This document shows, piece by piece, positions 36,513 through 44,693 of a DNA stretch of 63,326 nt. Source of the stretch: a candidate division WOR-3 bacterium (GTDB taxonomy: Bacteria; Hydrothermota; Tepidihabitantia; Tepidihabitantales; Tepidihabitantaceae); the NCBI GenBank assembly GCA_026397595.1, contig JAPLUO010000214.1, forward strand, positions 1 through 63,326, read 5' to 3'. The position numbers and the translations under genes are program-made. A model generated the notes under the pieces. The model was given only the letters and a program-made list of their open reading frames with translations, ran no database searches and was not told the DNA's origin. Positions within the stretch are counted from its first letter, which is position 1. Each line of letters begins with the position of its first letter.

Positions 36513-38525
36513 TTATCGCACACTGCCAACGCGGCCGGTGTTCTTGATGTCATGGTGGAACTTGGGCCAGGCAGAGTTGGCCAGCGTGCCCGTGCCTCTC
36601 AGCGCGTACAGGTAGCCGTCATCGCTCACGAAATAGATCGTTCCATCAGGCCCGATGGTCGGTGATGACTCAACATGGGCGCCGGTCCGGTACCGCCATA
36701 TCAGTGTGCCGTCTGGACCCAGGGCGTAGAGGCAGTTGTCGTCCGAGCCGCAATAAACCGTGCCGTCAGAGCCGATGGCCGGCGAGGCATCAATGTTGCT
36801 GCCGGTCAGGTACCGCCACTTCAGAGTGCCGTACGGGTTCAGGGCATAGACGTAGTTATCCTGCGACCCAAAGTAGATTGTGCCGTCAGCAGCGATTACC
36901 GGGGAGGAGCTGATATTCCTGCCGGTCGAGTCGCGCCACTTGAGGGTGCTGTCCGAGTTCAGGGCATAGAGGAAGTTGTCGTACGACCCGACGTATATCG
37001 TGCCGTCAGCGGCGATGGCTGGCGAGGACCGCACATCGGAGCCGGTCTGGTACCGCCACTTGAGCGTGCCGCCGGTGTCCATGGCGTAGAAGTAGTTGTC
37101 GTCCGAGCCGCAATAGACCGTGCCGTCAGAACCGATGGCCGGCGAGGCAGCGACGGCCCTTGCTGTCGGGTAGCTCCATCTTAAAGTGCCGTCCGTGTTC
37201 AGGGCATAGAGGTAGTTGTCATCTGAGCCAAAATAGACCGTCCCGTCAGCCGCAATGGCCGGGGACGAAACGACATGGCCACCGGTCGGGTACCTCCACT
37301 TGAGAGTACCGTCATGGTTCACGGCATACAGGCAGTAGTCATATGAACCGAAGTAGACCGTGCCGTCAGCCGCGATTGCCGGGGAGGACTGCACATCGCC
37401 GCCGGTCGGATAGCGCCACTCAAGCGTGCCGCCGGAGTTGATCGCGTATAGCGAGTCATCCGGAGACCCGACGTATATTGTGCCGTCCGGACCGATGGCC
37501 GGCGATGAATTCATCACGAGATCTACGCCGTAGGCCAAACGGAAGCGCCACTTGCGCATCGTGTCCGGCGGCTGGATGACGATGGAATGCGGGAATGACC
37601 ATTGGGACAGCACATTGCCCGTGTCCTTTGCCTGCGCCCTTATTTCGTAGATGTCAGGCACCGACCAGGCGTGGCTATCCGTCACCGGTTCGCCGGAGGC
37701 AACGTAGCGGCTCCAGTCGGAAGTGTCGCCATCGCCCCAGGCAAACCTGATCGCCACCGTGATTCCGTCGGGATGGGAAGCAGCGGCGGTGAAGACGTAG
37801 GATGAGTCCCTCCCCCCTTCCTCCGGCCCGGTCGGAGCAGCCGGCGTATTAGGCGGCCTGCGGGGCACCACACAAACCGAGAGCGCGCCGGACCAACCGG
37901 AGCCGAGGAGCTTCTGGTCCCTCGCCTGAGCAGTGACCTTGTAGGCCCCGGTATCGGACCAGGCGTGGCTCATTGCCGCCGGTTCGCCGGAGGCAACGTA
38001 AGGGCCCCAGTCTGACGTGTCGCCATCGCTCCAGGCGAAGCGAACGGCCACGCTATCGCCGGCCGGATGGGTCGCGACGGTCGTGAAGGTATAGGTCATG
38101 CCCTTGAAACAGGTGTCGGGGCCGATCGGAACGGCCGGCACGTTCGGCGGGTGGAGAACCACTCGCACCGAGCGCACGCCGGACCAGTCGGAGCTGAGGA
38201 ACTTCTGGTCTCTTACCTGGGCAGTGACTTCGTAGGTCCCGGTGTCAGGCCACGCATGAGTCAGCGCGATCATGTCCCCGCTTGGGGACCAGCCTTTCCA
38301 GTCCGAAGTCGTCGAATCGCCCCAGTCGAAACGGACGGCCACGCTGTCGCCGTCCGGGTCGGTCGCGATTACCGAGAAGACGTAAGTTGTGTCTTTGAAA
38401 CAGAGTTGGGGGCCGGCCGGCACGTCCGGCACGTCAGGTGCGTGATTCTTCCTGCAGGAAGAAACCGCAACGAGCGCCAGCGCAGCAGACAGCACGAGAA
38501 ACGGTCGGACGTAATTTCGAAGCAT
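36513..38525 (-). CDS. secreted protein with four PKD-like domains and a PQQ/BamB-like beta-propeller
   Basis: Four copies of ...F.....DPDGDSVAVRF.WGDG.TSDW... modules, then ~8 repeats of GTL.WRY.TG..V.SSPAI..DGT(I/V)Y.GS.D..LYA. Confidence 0.75.
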   Translation of the reverse strand: MLRNYVRPFLVLSAALALVAVSSCRKNHAPDVPDVPAGPQLCFKDTTYVFSVIATDPDGDSVAVRFDWGDSTTSDWKGWSPSGDMIALTHAWPDTGTYEVTAQVRDQKFLSSDWSGVRSVRVVLHPPNVPAVPIGPDTCFKGMTYTFTTVATHPAGDSVAVRFAWSDGDTSDWGPYVASGEPAAMSHAWSDTGAYKVTAQARDQKLLGSGWSGALSVCVVPRRPPNTPAAPTGPEEGGRDSSYVFTAAASHPDGITVAIRFAWGDGDTSDWSRYVASGEPVTDSHAWSVPDIYEIRAQAKDTGNVLSQWSFPHSIVIQPPDTMRKWRFRLAYGVDLVMNSSPAIGPDGTIYVGSPDDSLYAINSGGTLEWRYPTGGDVQSSPAIAADGTVYFGSYDYCLYAVNHDGTLKWRYPTGGHVVSSPAIAADGTVYFGSDDNYLYALNTDGTLRWSYPTARAVAASPAIGSDGTVYCGSDDNYFYAMDTGGTLKWRYQTGSDVRSSPAIAADGTIYVGSYDNFLYALNSDSTLKWRDSTGRNISSSPVIAADGTIYFGSQDNYVYALNPYGTLKWRYLTGSNIDASPAIGSDGTVYCGSDDNCLYALGPDGTLIWRYRTGAHVESSPTIGPDGTIYFVSDDGYLYALRGTGTLANSAWPKFHHDIKNTGRVGSVR

Positions 38526-38744
38526 ATTATCTCCCGCGACACGCGAGTGTCATCGATTCAAGCCTCTGCCGTCAGATTGAGTCTAAGGCTGCCGGTCAGT
38601 TGTGTCAATCCGCTGCGGCCATGGAGACGCAACAGGAATCCACTACCAGGGCACAACTGGAACTGGTAGGAAATGTCGCGGTCTGCCCGGTGTCCCGGAT
38701 ATCCTGGCGGTTCCATGCCGGATTGCGGGGCCGGGCGGGCAGCC

Positions 38745-39932
38745 CTACTGCCTCGGGTCGAAGATAGCACCGAGAAAAAGCACCGAGCCGGTGACGTCGT
38801 CCCGGATTGCACACAGGAACGGATGGTCGCAGATAAAGGAAAACCGTTCGACTTCGCCCGGCATCGCTGTGGCAAGCATCTTGACCACGGTGACGGCCGC
38901 AGCCTCGGTTCCCTCTTCGTTAACTTCGACGAATGTCTTGTGCAAGACGTCGCTGATTGCAGCGGTCGTGGGCGGCACGACCATCTCGGAGAAATCGGCC
39001 GCCGGTGTGAAAGCCTGCCCCATGCCGAGGAGTTTCAGGACCTTCACGAGGCTCTGCTCGAACTCAATCTTGAACCGTGGCAGCACGACCTCGCCCTTCT
39101 TCTCCCCGAACCCTTCGAAGAAGCCGGCAAGCTCTTCCGGGTTCAGCCGGTCAATGAGCATGCCGATCCCTTGCTGTTCCCTGGGCAGAAAGACGTACAT
39201 GTTCAGCCGGCCGTCGCCGTAGGGCAGCGCCACGGCCTGCATCAGCTCGTCCGACTTGTACCGGAACTCGGCGTCTCGCCGCATCATCTTTCGCTGGGAG
39301 GAGCTGCCCGCGGCCAGTTGGAACTCCCGCTCCGACGTAAGCTTTGGGTCGAACGCTGTGGTCCAACTACCTTTGAAGTAGATGGCGTTGATGAGGACCA
39401 TGATTTCGTCCGGCATGAGCTGGCTCACTGCCTGTTTGATTCGGCCCTCGGTGTTCTGACTGACCCAGTTGTTGATGACCGTCACCGCGTCGGGCCGGTT
39501 GAAATCGAGCGCTGTGACCGATGCGGAGTAGTACTCTCTGCAGTCGCTGGTGAATCGCTTCTGGAGTTTCGTTCCTTTGCGCAGCCAGAGCGAGTTGGCG
39601 ATGTCAAGCCGCACCTTCTTGTCTGCGCCGGTGAGCTGGTCTCGTAGTGCCTGGTTGCCGACACCAACCGCGACACGGTCCTGGCCGGCCAGGTTCAGCG
39701 CGCCGGCCATGGCGTCGAACGTCTGACTGCCGGCGCCGTGCATGGTCATCTGGAGCGCGAGCGCGATGCTCAAGGGCGATATGAACACGTTCTCCTGCGG
39801 CCTCGAGACCGTGAGGTAGCTGAAGATGTCGAGGCCGAGTTTGTTGTCGGCCCGGACGAGTTCGGTCATTGGGGCCGGGGCGGGCTGCGCGCCGGCCGAA
39901 CTGACGATGGCAATCGCGAGCAATAGACTCAT
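38745..39932 (-). CDS. serpin family protease inhibitor
   Basis: Full-length serpin pattern, including the hinge/RCL ...VNEEGTEAAAVT... and C-terminal ...DHPFLCAIRD..TGSVLFLGAIFDP. Confidence 0.9.
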   Translation of the reverse strand: MSLLLAIAIVSSAGAQPAPAPMTELVRADNKLGLDIFSYLTVSRPQENVFISPLSIALALQMTMHGAGSQTFDAMAGALNLAGQDRVAVGVGNQALRDQLTGADKKVRLDIANSLWLRKGTKLQKRFTSDCREYYSASVTALDFNRPDAVTVINNWVSQNTEGRIKQAVSQLMPDEIMVLINAIYFKGSWTTAFDPKLTSEREFQLAAGSSSQRKMMRRDAEFRYKSDELMQAVALPYGDGRLNMYVFLPREQQGIGMLIDRLNPEELAGFFEGFGEKKGEVVLPRFKIEFEQSLVKVLKLLGMGQAFTPAADFSEMVVPPTTAAISDVLHKTFVEVNEEGTEAAAVTVVKMLATAMPGEVERFSFICDHPFLCAIRDDVTGSVLFLGAIFDPRQ

Positions 39933-40151
39933 GGTTCCTCCTGGCTGCTACTCCGGTGGCTTGCTGCCTGTTCCGGCATCGGACGTTCAGCGTGATACGC
40001 CGGACGTCCCTTGAGACAGGCTAACCGGGCCGTGGTACTCTGTCAAAGACAACTTACCGCGGGCAGGCGGCGACTATTCCCGGACGGAGGGCTCTTGCGG
40101 TCGGCGGCAAGGGACGGAAAGAGAACAGAGATGGGGGGTCGAGCGGCGGCG

Positions 40152-40263
40152 CTACGCGAAGACGGAAAGCAAAGCCGATGCGACGACGGGTATCTCGTCA
40201 CGCCGGATAGTACGGAAGTCGAGCACGTACTCACCGTGTTCGGCCCGGCCGAACACCGACGGC
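40152..40263 (-). pseudogene. duplicated, frameshifted 3' fragment of selA
   Basis: The minus strand reads ...GRAEHGEYVLDFRTIRRDEIPVVASALLSVFA*. The SelA C-terminus reads ...GRVERGEYVLDFRTIRRDEIPIIAAALLSVFHQ*. DNA identity to 57574-57690 is roughly three quarters by eye. Confidence 0.75.
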
Positions 40264-40279
40264 CGGCAGCCTTGAGTCG

Positions 40280-40675
40280 CTACAGCTTGATGAGTCGGGC
40301 GACTTCCCGCAGCAGTACTTCGGGCTCGACCGGTTTCTCAAGAAACCCGTCGACCGGCAGGTAGTCGCCGTCGGCGTTGGGGTCGAGGTGGAAGCTGCTG
40401 GCACCGGACTCCTTGTTGACCGCAGTGATCATCAGTATCGGGATGCCGCTGAATCGCTCGTCACCCTTGATTTTCTGGCCGAGCCAGACTCCGTCGCCGA
40501 TTGTCTTCATCATCACATCGAGCAGGATGATGTCGGGCTTTTCTTTCTGCAACTGGGCCAGCGCCTCGTTGCCGTTTGCGGCCGTGCGTGTTTCGTAGCC
40601 GCCTGATTCAAGGATGATCTTCGTGGTCTCGACAAACTCCGGGTCGTCGTCAACCATGAGTACCCGTTTCGCCAC
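40280..40675 (-). CDS. single-domain response regulator (CheY-like receiver)
   Basis: VLMVDDDPEF..., phospho-acceptor DIILLDVMM, ...PILMITA.... Confidence 0.9.
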   Translation of the reverse strand: MAKRVLMVDDDPEFVETTKIILESGGYETRTAANGNEALAQLQKEKPDIILLDVMMKTIGDGVWLGQKIKGDERFSGIPILMITAVNKESGASSFHLDPNADGDYLPVDGFLEKPVEPEVLLREVARLIKL

Positions 40676-41648
40676 CGGCTCCTCCTTTCGTGTATTCCAA
40701 GAACCGCACAGTCACCGTGGTTCCCAGGCCGAATCTGCTGTTTACCGAGATGGTTCCCCGGTGGTCGTCAACAATCCGCTTTACCAGGGAGAGTCCCAGC
40801 CCCATTCCTTCCGCCTTACTCTCGGCCCGGGCCCGGCTGCCGCGGAAGAAGATGTCGAAGACCTTGGGCAGCTCCTCGTCGGGAATGCCGACCCCGGTGT
40901 CAACCACGCGGAACAGGAATGTGTCGCCGTCCTTTCTGGCTTCGACCTCCACGGTTCCGCCCGGGTCGGTGTACTTGATTGCGTTGTCAACGATGTTTAC
41001 AAAGACCCGCTTCAGCAGCTCCGGGCTGCCGAACAGGACCGGCAACTCGTCGCCCCACTGCCACGAGAATCGGACCTGGCGCTCAGCCGCATACTCTTTC
41101 ATCTCTTCGTAGACCGGGACCAGAATCCCCTTCATGTCGAGCGGTTCCTTCTTCAATTTCCCGGTGCTCTCTTCGAGCAGCGACAGCATCAGGAGGTCGT
41201 TCAAGAGGGCGATAACTTCCCTCACCCGATACCGGGCCCGGGTCAGGAGGTCCATCTGTTTCTCGGGGTTGCCCTTGAGATAGCCGTCGACGACAACGTT
41301 CAGGATGTTGTAGACTGCGGCCAGCGGCGCTTTGATTTCGTGGGAGACTTCGTAGGTGAACCGCGTCTTGGCGCGGGTGAGGTCCGCAATCTTGGAGTAA
41401 TTACGGCTGCATTCGACGCGCGCCTGCTTGGACCGGCTGCTCAGGTCCTGAAGATAGGAGATGAGCGAGTCGATTCTCGTCTCAAAGTCATCGTGCCAGT
41501 CCCGCATCCGCGCGAGATGGCCGGCGGTATCGTAGGGCTCGCATTTGCCGGGCTGGGCCCGCTTCGCGGCGTCGGGCTTCTTGAGGGGATCGGCGGACCG
41601 GGAAGTCGGCCCCGGCGCCTCAGTGTCCTGCTGGCGGTCGTTCTTCAT
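40650..41648 (-). CDS. cytoplasmic sensor histidine kinase (no TM segments; short coiled-coil N-terminus)
   Basis: H box SHEIKAPLAAV, N box VDNAIKYT, G boxes DTGVGIP and GMGLGLSLV. Confidence 0.9.
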   Translation of the reverse strand: MKNDRQQDTEAPGPTSRSADPLKKPDAAKRAQPGKCEPYDTAGHLARMRDWHDDFETRIDSLISYLQDLSSRSKQARVECSRNYSKIADLTRAKTRFTYEVSHEIKAPLAAVYNILNVVVDGYLKGNPEKQMDLLTRARYRVREVIALLNDLLMLSLLEESTGKLKKEPLDMKGILVPVYEEMKEYAAERQVRFSWQWGDELPVLFGSPELLKRVFVNIVDNAIKYTDPGGTVEVEARKDGDTFLFRVVDTGVGIPDEELPKVFDIFFRGSRARAESKAEGMGLGLSLVKRIVDDHRGTISVNSRFGLGTTVTVRFLEYTKGGAGGETGTHG

Positions 41649-41702
41649 CCGCGCTATATCTTCGCGGACATTCTCGGACTGTCAACTATTTCCGGGGCGG
41701 GG

Positions 41703-43166
41703 CTAGCCGGAGTTGCGCAACTCGCGGATGAGCGAGCCGTCCGGGCCGCGGAGACTGACGACCAGCGGCGGCCGGCCCAGCACGTGCGTCGCGCAGGCGA
41801 AGCACGGGTCATACGCCCGGAAGAACATCTCGACCATGTTCAGCAGCCCGTCGTCCGCCTTGCCGCCGTGGATGAGCTCTTTTGCCGCGTTGCGGATTGA
41901 CTGGCAGATTGCGCCCGCGTTGTTGGTGGTTGCGACAATCAGATTGACCTTCTTGATGAGCCGGTCCTCGGTCAGCCAGTAGTGGTGGTAGAGCGTGCCC
42001 CGCGCCGCCTCGACCACGCCGATTCCCTGCTCCTGCATCCGGTAGTCCATGTTCCGGATGTCGGTGCCGGTGATGTCCGGGTCCCGGGCAAGTTCGAGCG
42101 CGTGCTCGGCCGCGTACAGCAGTTCAATCAATCGAGCCCAGTGGAACGCCAGGGTCGAGTTGACCGGCTTGGTGCCGAAAGTATCGAACATCGTCTTGTA
42201 GTGCACGTTCGCCTTCGGGGTCGCCATGCCGTCAGCGGCATTGAGCCGGCCCAGCGGCCCGACCCGGTAGATGCCCGAGTCCATGCCGTCGGTCAGCCCC
42301 TTGAACCCGACCGCCTTGAGATATGCAATCTTCACGTAGGTCCACTCGTACACGTGCTCGCGGATGTGTTCGAGATAGTCCTTGCCTTCGAACTTCAGGA
42401 ACTCCTTGCCGGCCGGGTCGGTCACCCGCACATTGCCGTCGTAGAAGTTGACGTGGTTGTTTGAGTCCACCATGCCCATGTTGTAGAGGGCGAGGCCGAG
42501 ATTCGGGTTCAAGACGAGTGCCATGTAGTCTTTGTTGGCGAGCACCAAGTCGGCGAAGAGCTTGAGCGTGAACTCCGCGAACCCGACGCACGACTCGGCC
42601 ATCGTTTCGATTTCCTTCCGCTCGGATTCGTTGATGGGCTTGGTCTGGCCGCCAGGGATACCTGAGACCGGATGGGTCGGCTTGCCTCCGAGTATCTCGG
42701 TTATCTTCTGGCCAAAGGCCCGGTGTTTGATGACCTCTTTGGCGACGTCGAGCCCGACCTTCTCGATGACCCCGAGGATGTTGCGCTTGGCCTTGGGCGC
42801 GGTCGGCCCGACCACGAAGTCGGGCGCGGCCAGGAAGTAGAAGTGCAGGATGTGGTCGTAGATGAAGTAACCGGAATAGAGCAGGTCACGGAGCTTGAGC
42901 GCGGTTGGCGTGGGCACCACCCCGAACGCCATGTCCAGCGCCTTGGTCGAGGCATAGTGGTGCGCGACCGGGCAGACCCCGCAGATTCGGCTCGTAAGCT
43001 GGGGCATGTCCTCGGCCTTGCGGCCGACGCAGAACTGCTCGAACCCGCGCAGCTCGGGCACCTGGAAGTACGCGTCGTCAACGTCGCCCTTGTCGTTCAG
43101 GAATATCTCGATCTTGCCGTGGCCTTCAAGCCGGGTAATCGGGTCGATCGTTATCCGGGAACTCAC
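41703..43166 (-). CDS. mvhA: [NiFe] hydrogenase large subunit, group 3c (MvhA/VhuA-like)
   Basis: RLEGHG, RICGVCPVAHH and C-terminal DPCFACATH motifs. Start set at the GTG after GAGGAGG, overlapping the mvhG stop (GTGA). Confidence 0.9.
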   Translation of the reverse strand: MSSRITIDPITRLEGHGKIEIFLNDKGDVDDAYFQVPELRGFEQFCVGRKAEDMPQLTSRICGVCPVAHHYASTKALDMAFGVVPTPTALKLRDLLYSGYFIYDHILHFYFLAAPDFVVGPTAPKAKRNILGVIEKVGLDVAKEVIKHRAFGQKITEILGGKPTHPVSGIPGGQTKPINESERKEIETMAESCVGFAEFTLKLFADLVLANKDYMALVLNPNLGLALYNMGMVDSNNHVNFYDGNVRVTDPAGKEFLKFEGKDYLEHIREHVYEWTYVKIAYLKAVGFKGLTDGMDSGIYRVGPLGRLNAADGMATPKANVHYKTMFDTFGTKPVNSTLAFHWARLIELLYAAEHALELARDPDITGTDIRNMDYRMQEQGIGVVEAARGTLYHHYWLTEDRLIKKVNLIVATTNNAGAICQSIRNAAKELIHGGKADDGLLNMVEMFFRAYDPCFACATHVLGRPPLVVSLRGPDGSLIRELRNSG

Positions 43167-44140
43167 GGCTGCCTCCTCAGGCTGAGCGTAGCCTTGGCCA
43201 GGCTGTACATGTACAGTGTGCCGGCCGGGTCGGCCAGCTTGTTCACGAGCCCGGCGGTATCCTGTTCTGACAGGTCTTTCTCGTCGTCCACCCTCAGGAT
43301 GCCGCTCAGGGCCGAGATCATCTTCGCGCCCTGGTCTGAGACCTCGGGGCTCGGGCCCATGCACCCGGTGCAGGGAGAGTTGCCGTTGATGCACCGGGTC
43401 TGGCACCCGGCTCTCGTAGCCGGGCCCATGCAGACAATGCCCTGCTCAAGGAAACACTTTTCCCGGTCGGCCTGGACTTCCCAGGTGCGCTTGAGGTCGG
43501 GCATTTTCTTGGCCACGTGTTTATTCCGCTCGCACTCGTCGCACAGGGTCTTGGCCGGAGCCAGCACCGTTCCCTTGGGCGGGAGCTTGCCCGAGAATAT
43601 CGCGGTGACGGCATTGAGAATCAGCGGCACCGGCGGCGGGCACCCGGGCAGGTAGTAGTCAACGTCCACGACCTGGTCCAGGGCAAACACCCGGTCGTAG
43701 AACTCAGGCAGGTGCAGCTCGCCCTGCTTCACTTGTAGCCTCGTCTGCGGTCTGGTCCGGTTCGGGTTCTCAGTAGACGCGGTCGACTGGTAGGCGGTCT
43801 CGATGATGTCGGACTTCCGGCAGAGGTTGGCGAGGCCCGGAATCGAGCCCTGATGCGCACAGGCGCCGAACGCGACCAGCGCCTTCGACTTCCGTCGCAT
43901 CAGGTGCGCCATCTCCTCCTGCTCCGAATTCCGCACCGAGCCGTTGAAGAAGCAGACGTCCATGAAGCCGTCCGCCATGGCCCGGACGTCGTCGTACTTG
44001 AAGTCCATCGCTACCGGCCAGAGTACGATGTCGGCGTGTGCCACCACGTCGAGAACCGCCTCGTTGATGTCAAGGACCGCAATCTCGCAGCCGCCGCAGG
44101 ATGCTGCCCAGTAAAACCCGAACTTGAGCTTATCCGCCAT
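43163..44140 (-). CDS. mvhG: [NiFe] hydrogenase small subunit (MvhG-like)
   Basis: ...YWAASCGGCEIAVLD..., ...FGACAHQG..., plus distal FeS cysteine clusters. Confidence 0.9.
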   Translation of the reverse strand: MADKLKFGFYWAASCGGCEIAVLDINEAVLDVVAHADIVLWPVAMDFKYDDVRAMADGFMDVCFFNGSVRNSEQEEMAHLMRRKSKALVAFGACAHQGSIPGLANLCRKSDIIETAYQSTASTENPNRTRPQTRLQVKQGELHLPEFYDRVFALDQVVDVDYYLPGCPPPVPLILNAVTAIFSGKLPPKGTVLAPAKTLCDECERNKHVAKKMPDLKRTWEVQADREKCFLEQGIVCMGPATRAGCQTRCINGNSPCTGCMGPSPEVSDQGAKMISALSGILRVDDEKDLSEQDTAGLVNKLADPAGTLYMYSLAKATLSLRRQP

Positions 44141-44690
44141 CTCTCTGCTCCTGTCCGACCAGTCCGACGTGTCCGACCGGTCCGACTCCGGACAGCGGTC
44201 CCAGACTCCTTATCTGGTCGGTGTACTCCCGCACGACCTGGGCGAACTTCGCACCCTCAGCCGCGGAAATCCACTCGAGCCGGAGCCGTTCCTCTTCGAC
44301 GCCCAGTTGCTGCATCAGCCGCTTGAGCATCATGGTCCGCTTCAGGGTCTTGTAGTTGCCGCTCTGATAGTGGCAGTCGCCCGGATGGCAGCCACCGATG
44401 AAGACTCCGTCCGCGCCGTCGCGGAAAGCCTGGAGCACGAGCGCGGGGTCCACGGAACCCGAGCACATTACCCTTATCGCCCGCATGTTGGTCGGGTACT
44501 GCAGCCGGGAGGTGCCGGCCAGGTCTGCGCCGGCATACGTGCACCAGTTGCACAGGAATCCGACAATCCTCGGTTCAAACACCTGTCCGCTGTCCGTTGT
44601 CCGCACCTCTGACTGCTGACTTCCGACCTCCGACCTCTGACTTTTGACTTTTGACTTTTGACCCTTGACTTCTAACTTCTCCGTTCCCAC
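44130..44690 (-). CDS. mvhD: methyl-viologen-reducing hydrogenase delta subunit (MvhD/FlpD family)
   Basis: IVGFLCNWCTYAGADLAG...MCSGSV...GGCHPGDCHY. The ~35 N-terminal and ~20 C-terminal residues are low-complexity word DNA, so the true start is uncertain. Confidence 0.85.
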   Translation of the reverse strand: MGTEKLEVKGQKSKVKSQRSEVGSQQSEVRTTDSGQVFEPRIVGFLCNWCTYAGADLAGTSRLQYPTNMRAIRVMCSGSVDPALVLQAFRDGADGVFIGGCHPGDCHYQSGNYKTLKRTMMLKRLMQQLGVEEERLRLEWISAAEGAKFAQVVREYTDQIRSLGPLSGVGPVGHVGLVGQEQRDGG

Positions 44691-44693
44691 GAG

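Noticed and set aside
44130-44200. MvhD C-terminal tail (…SGVGPVGHVGLVGQEQRDGG) as a functional extension overlapping the mvhG start
   Set aside because: It is encoded by gtccgac word DNA and is probably an incidental read-through of an inserted element. It is reported under the word-element findings rather than as a domain.
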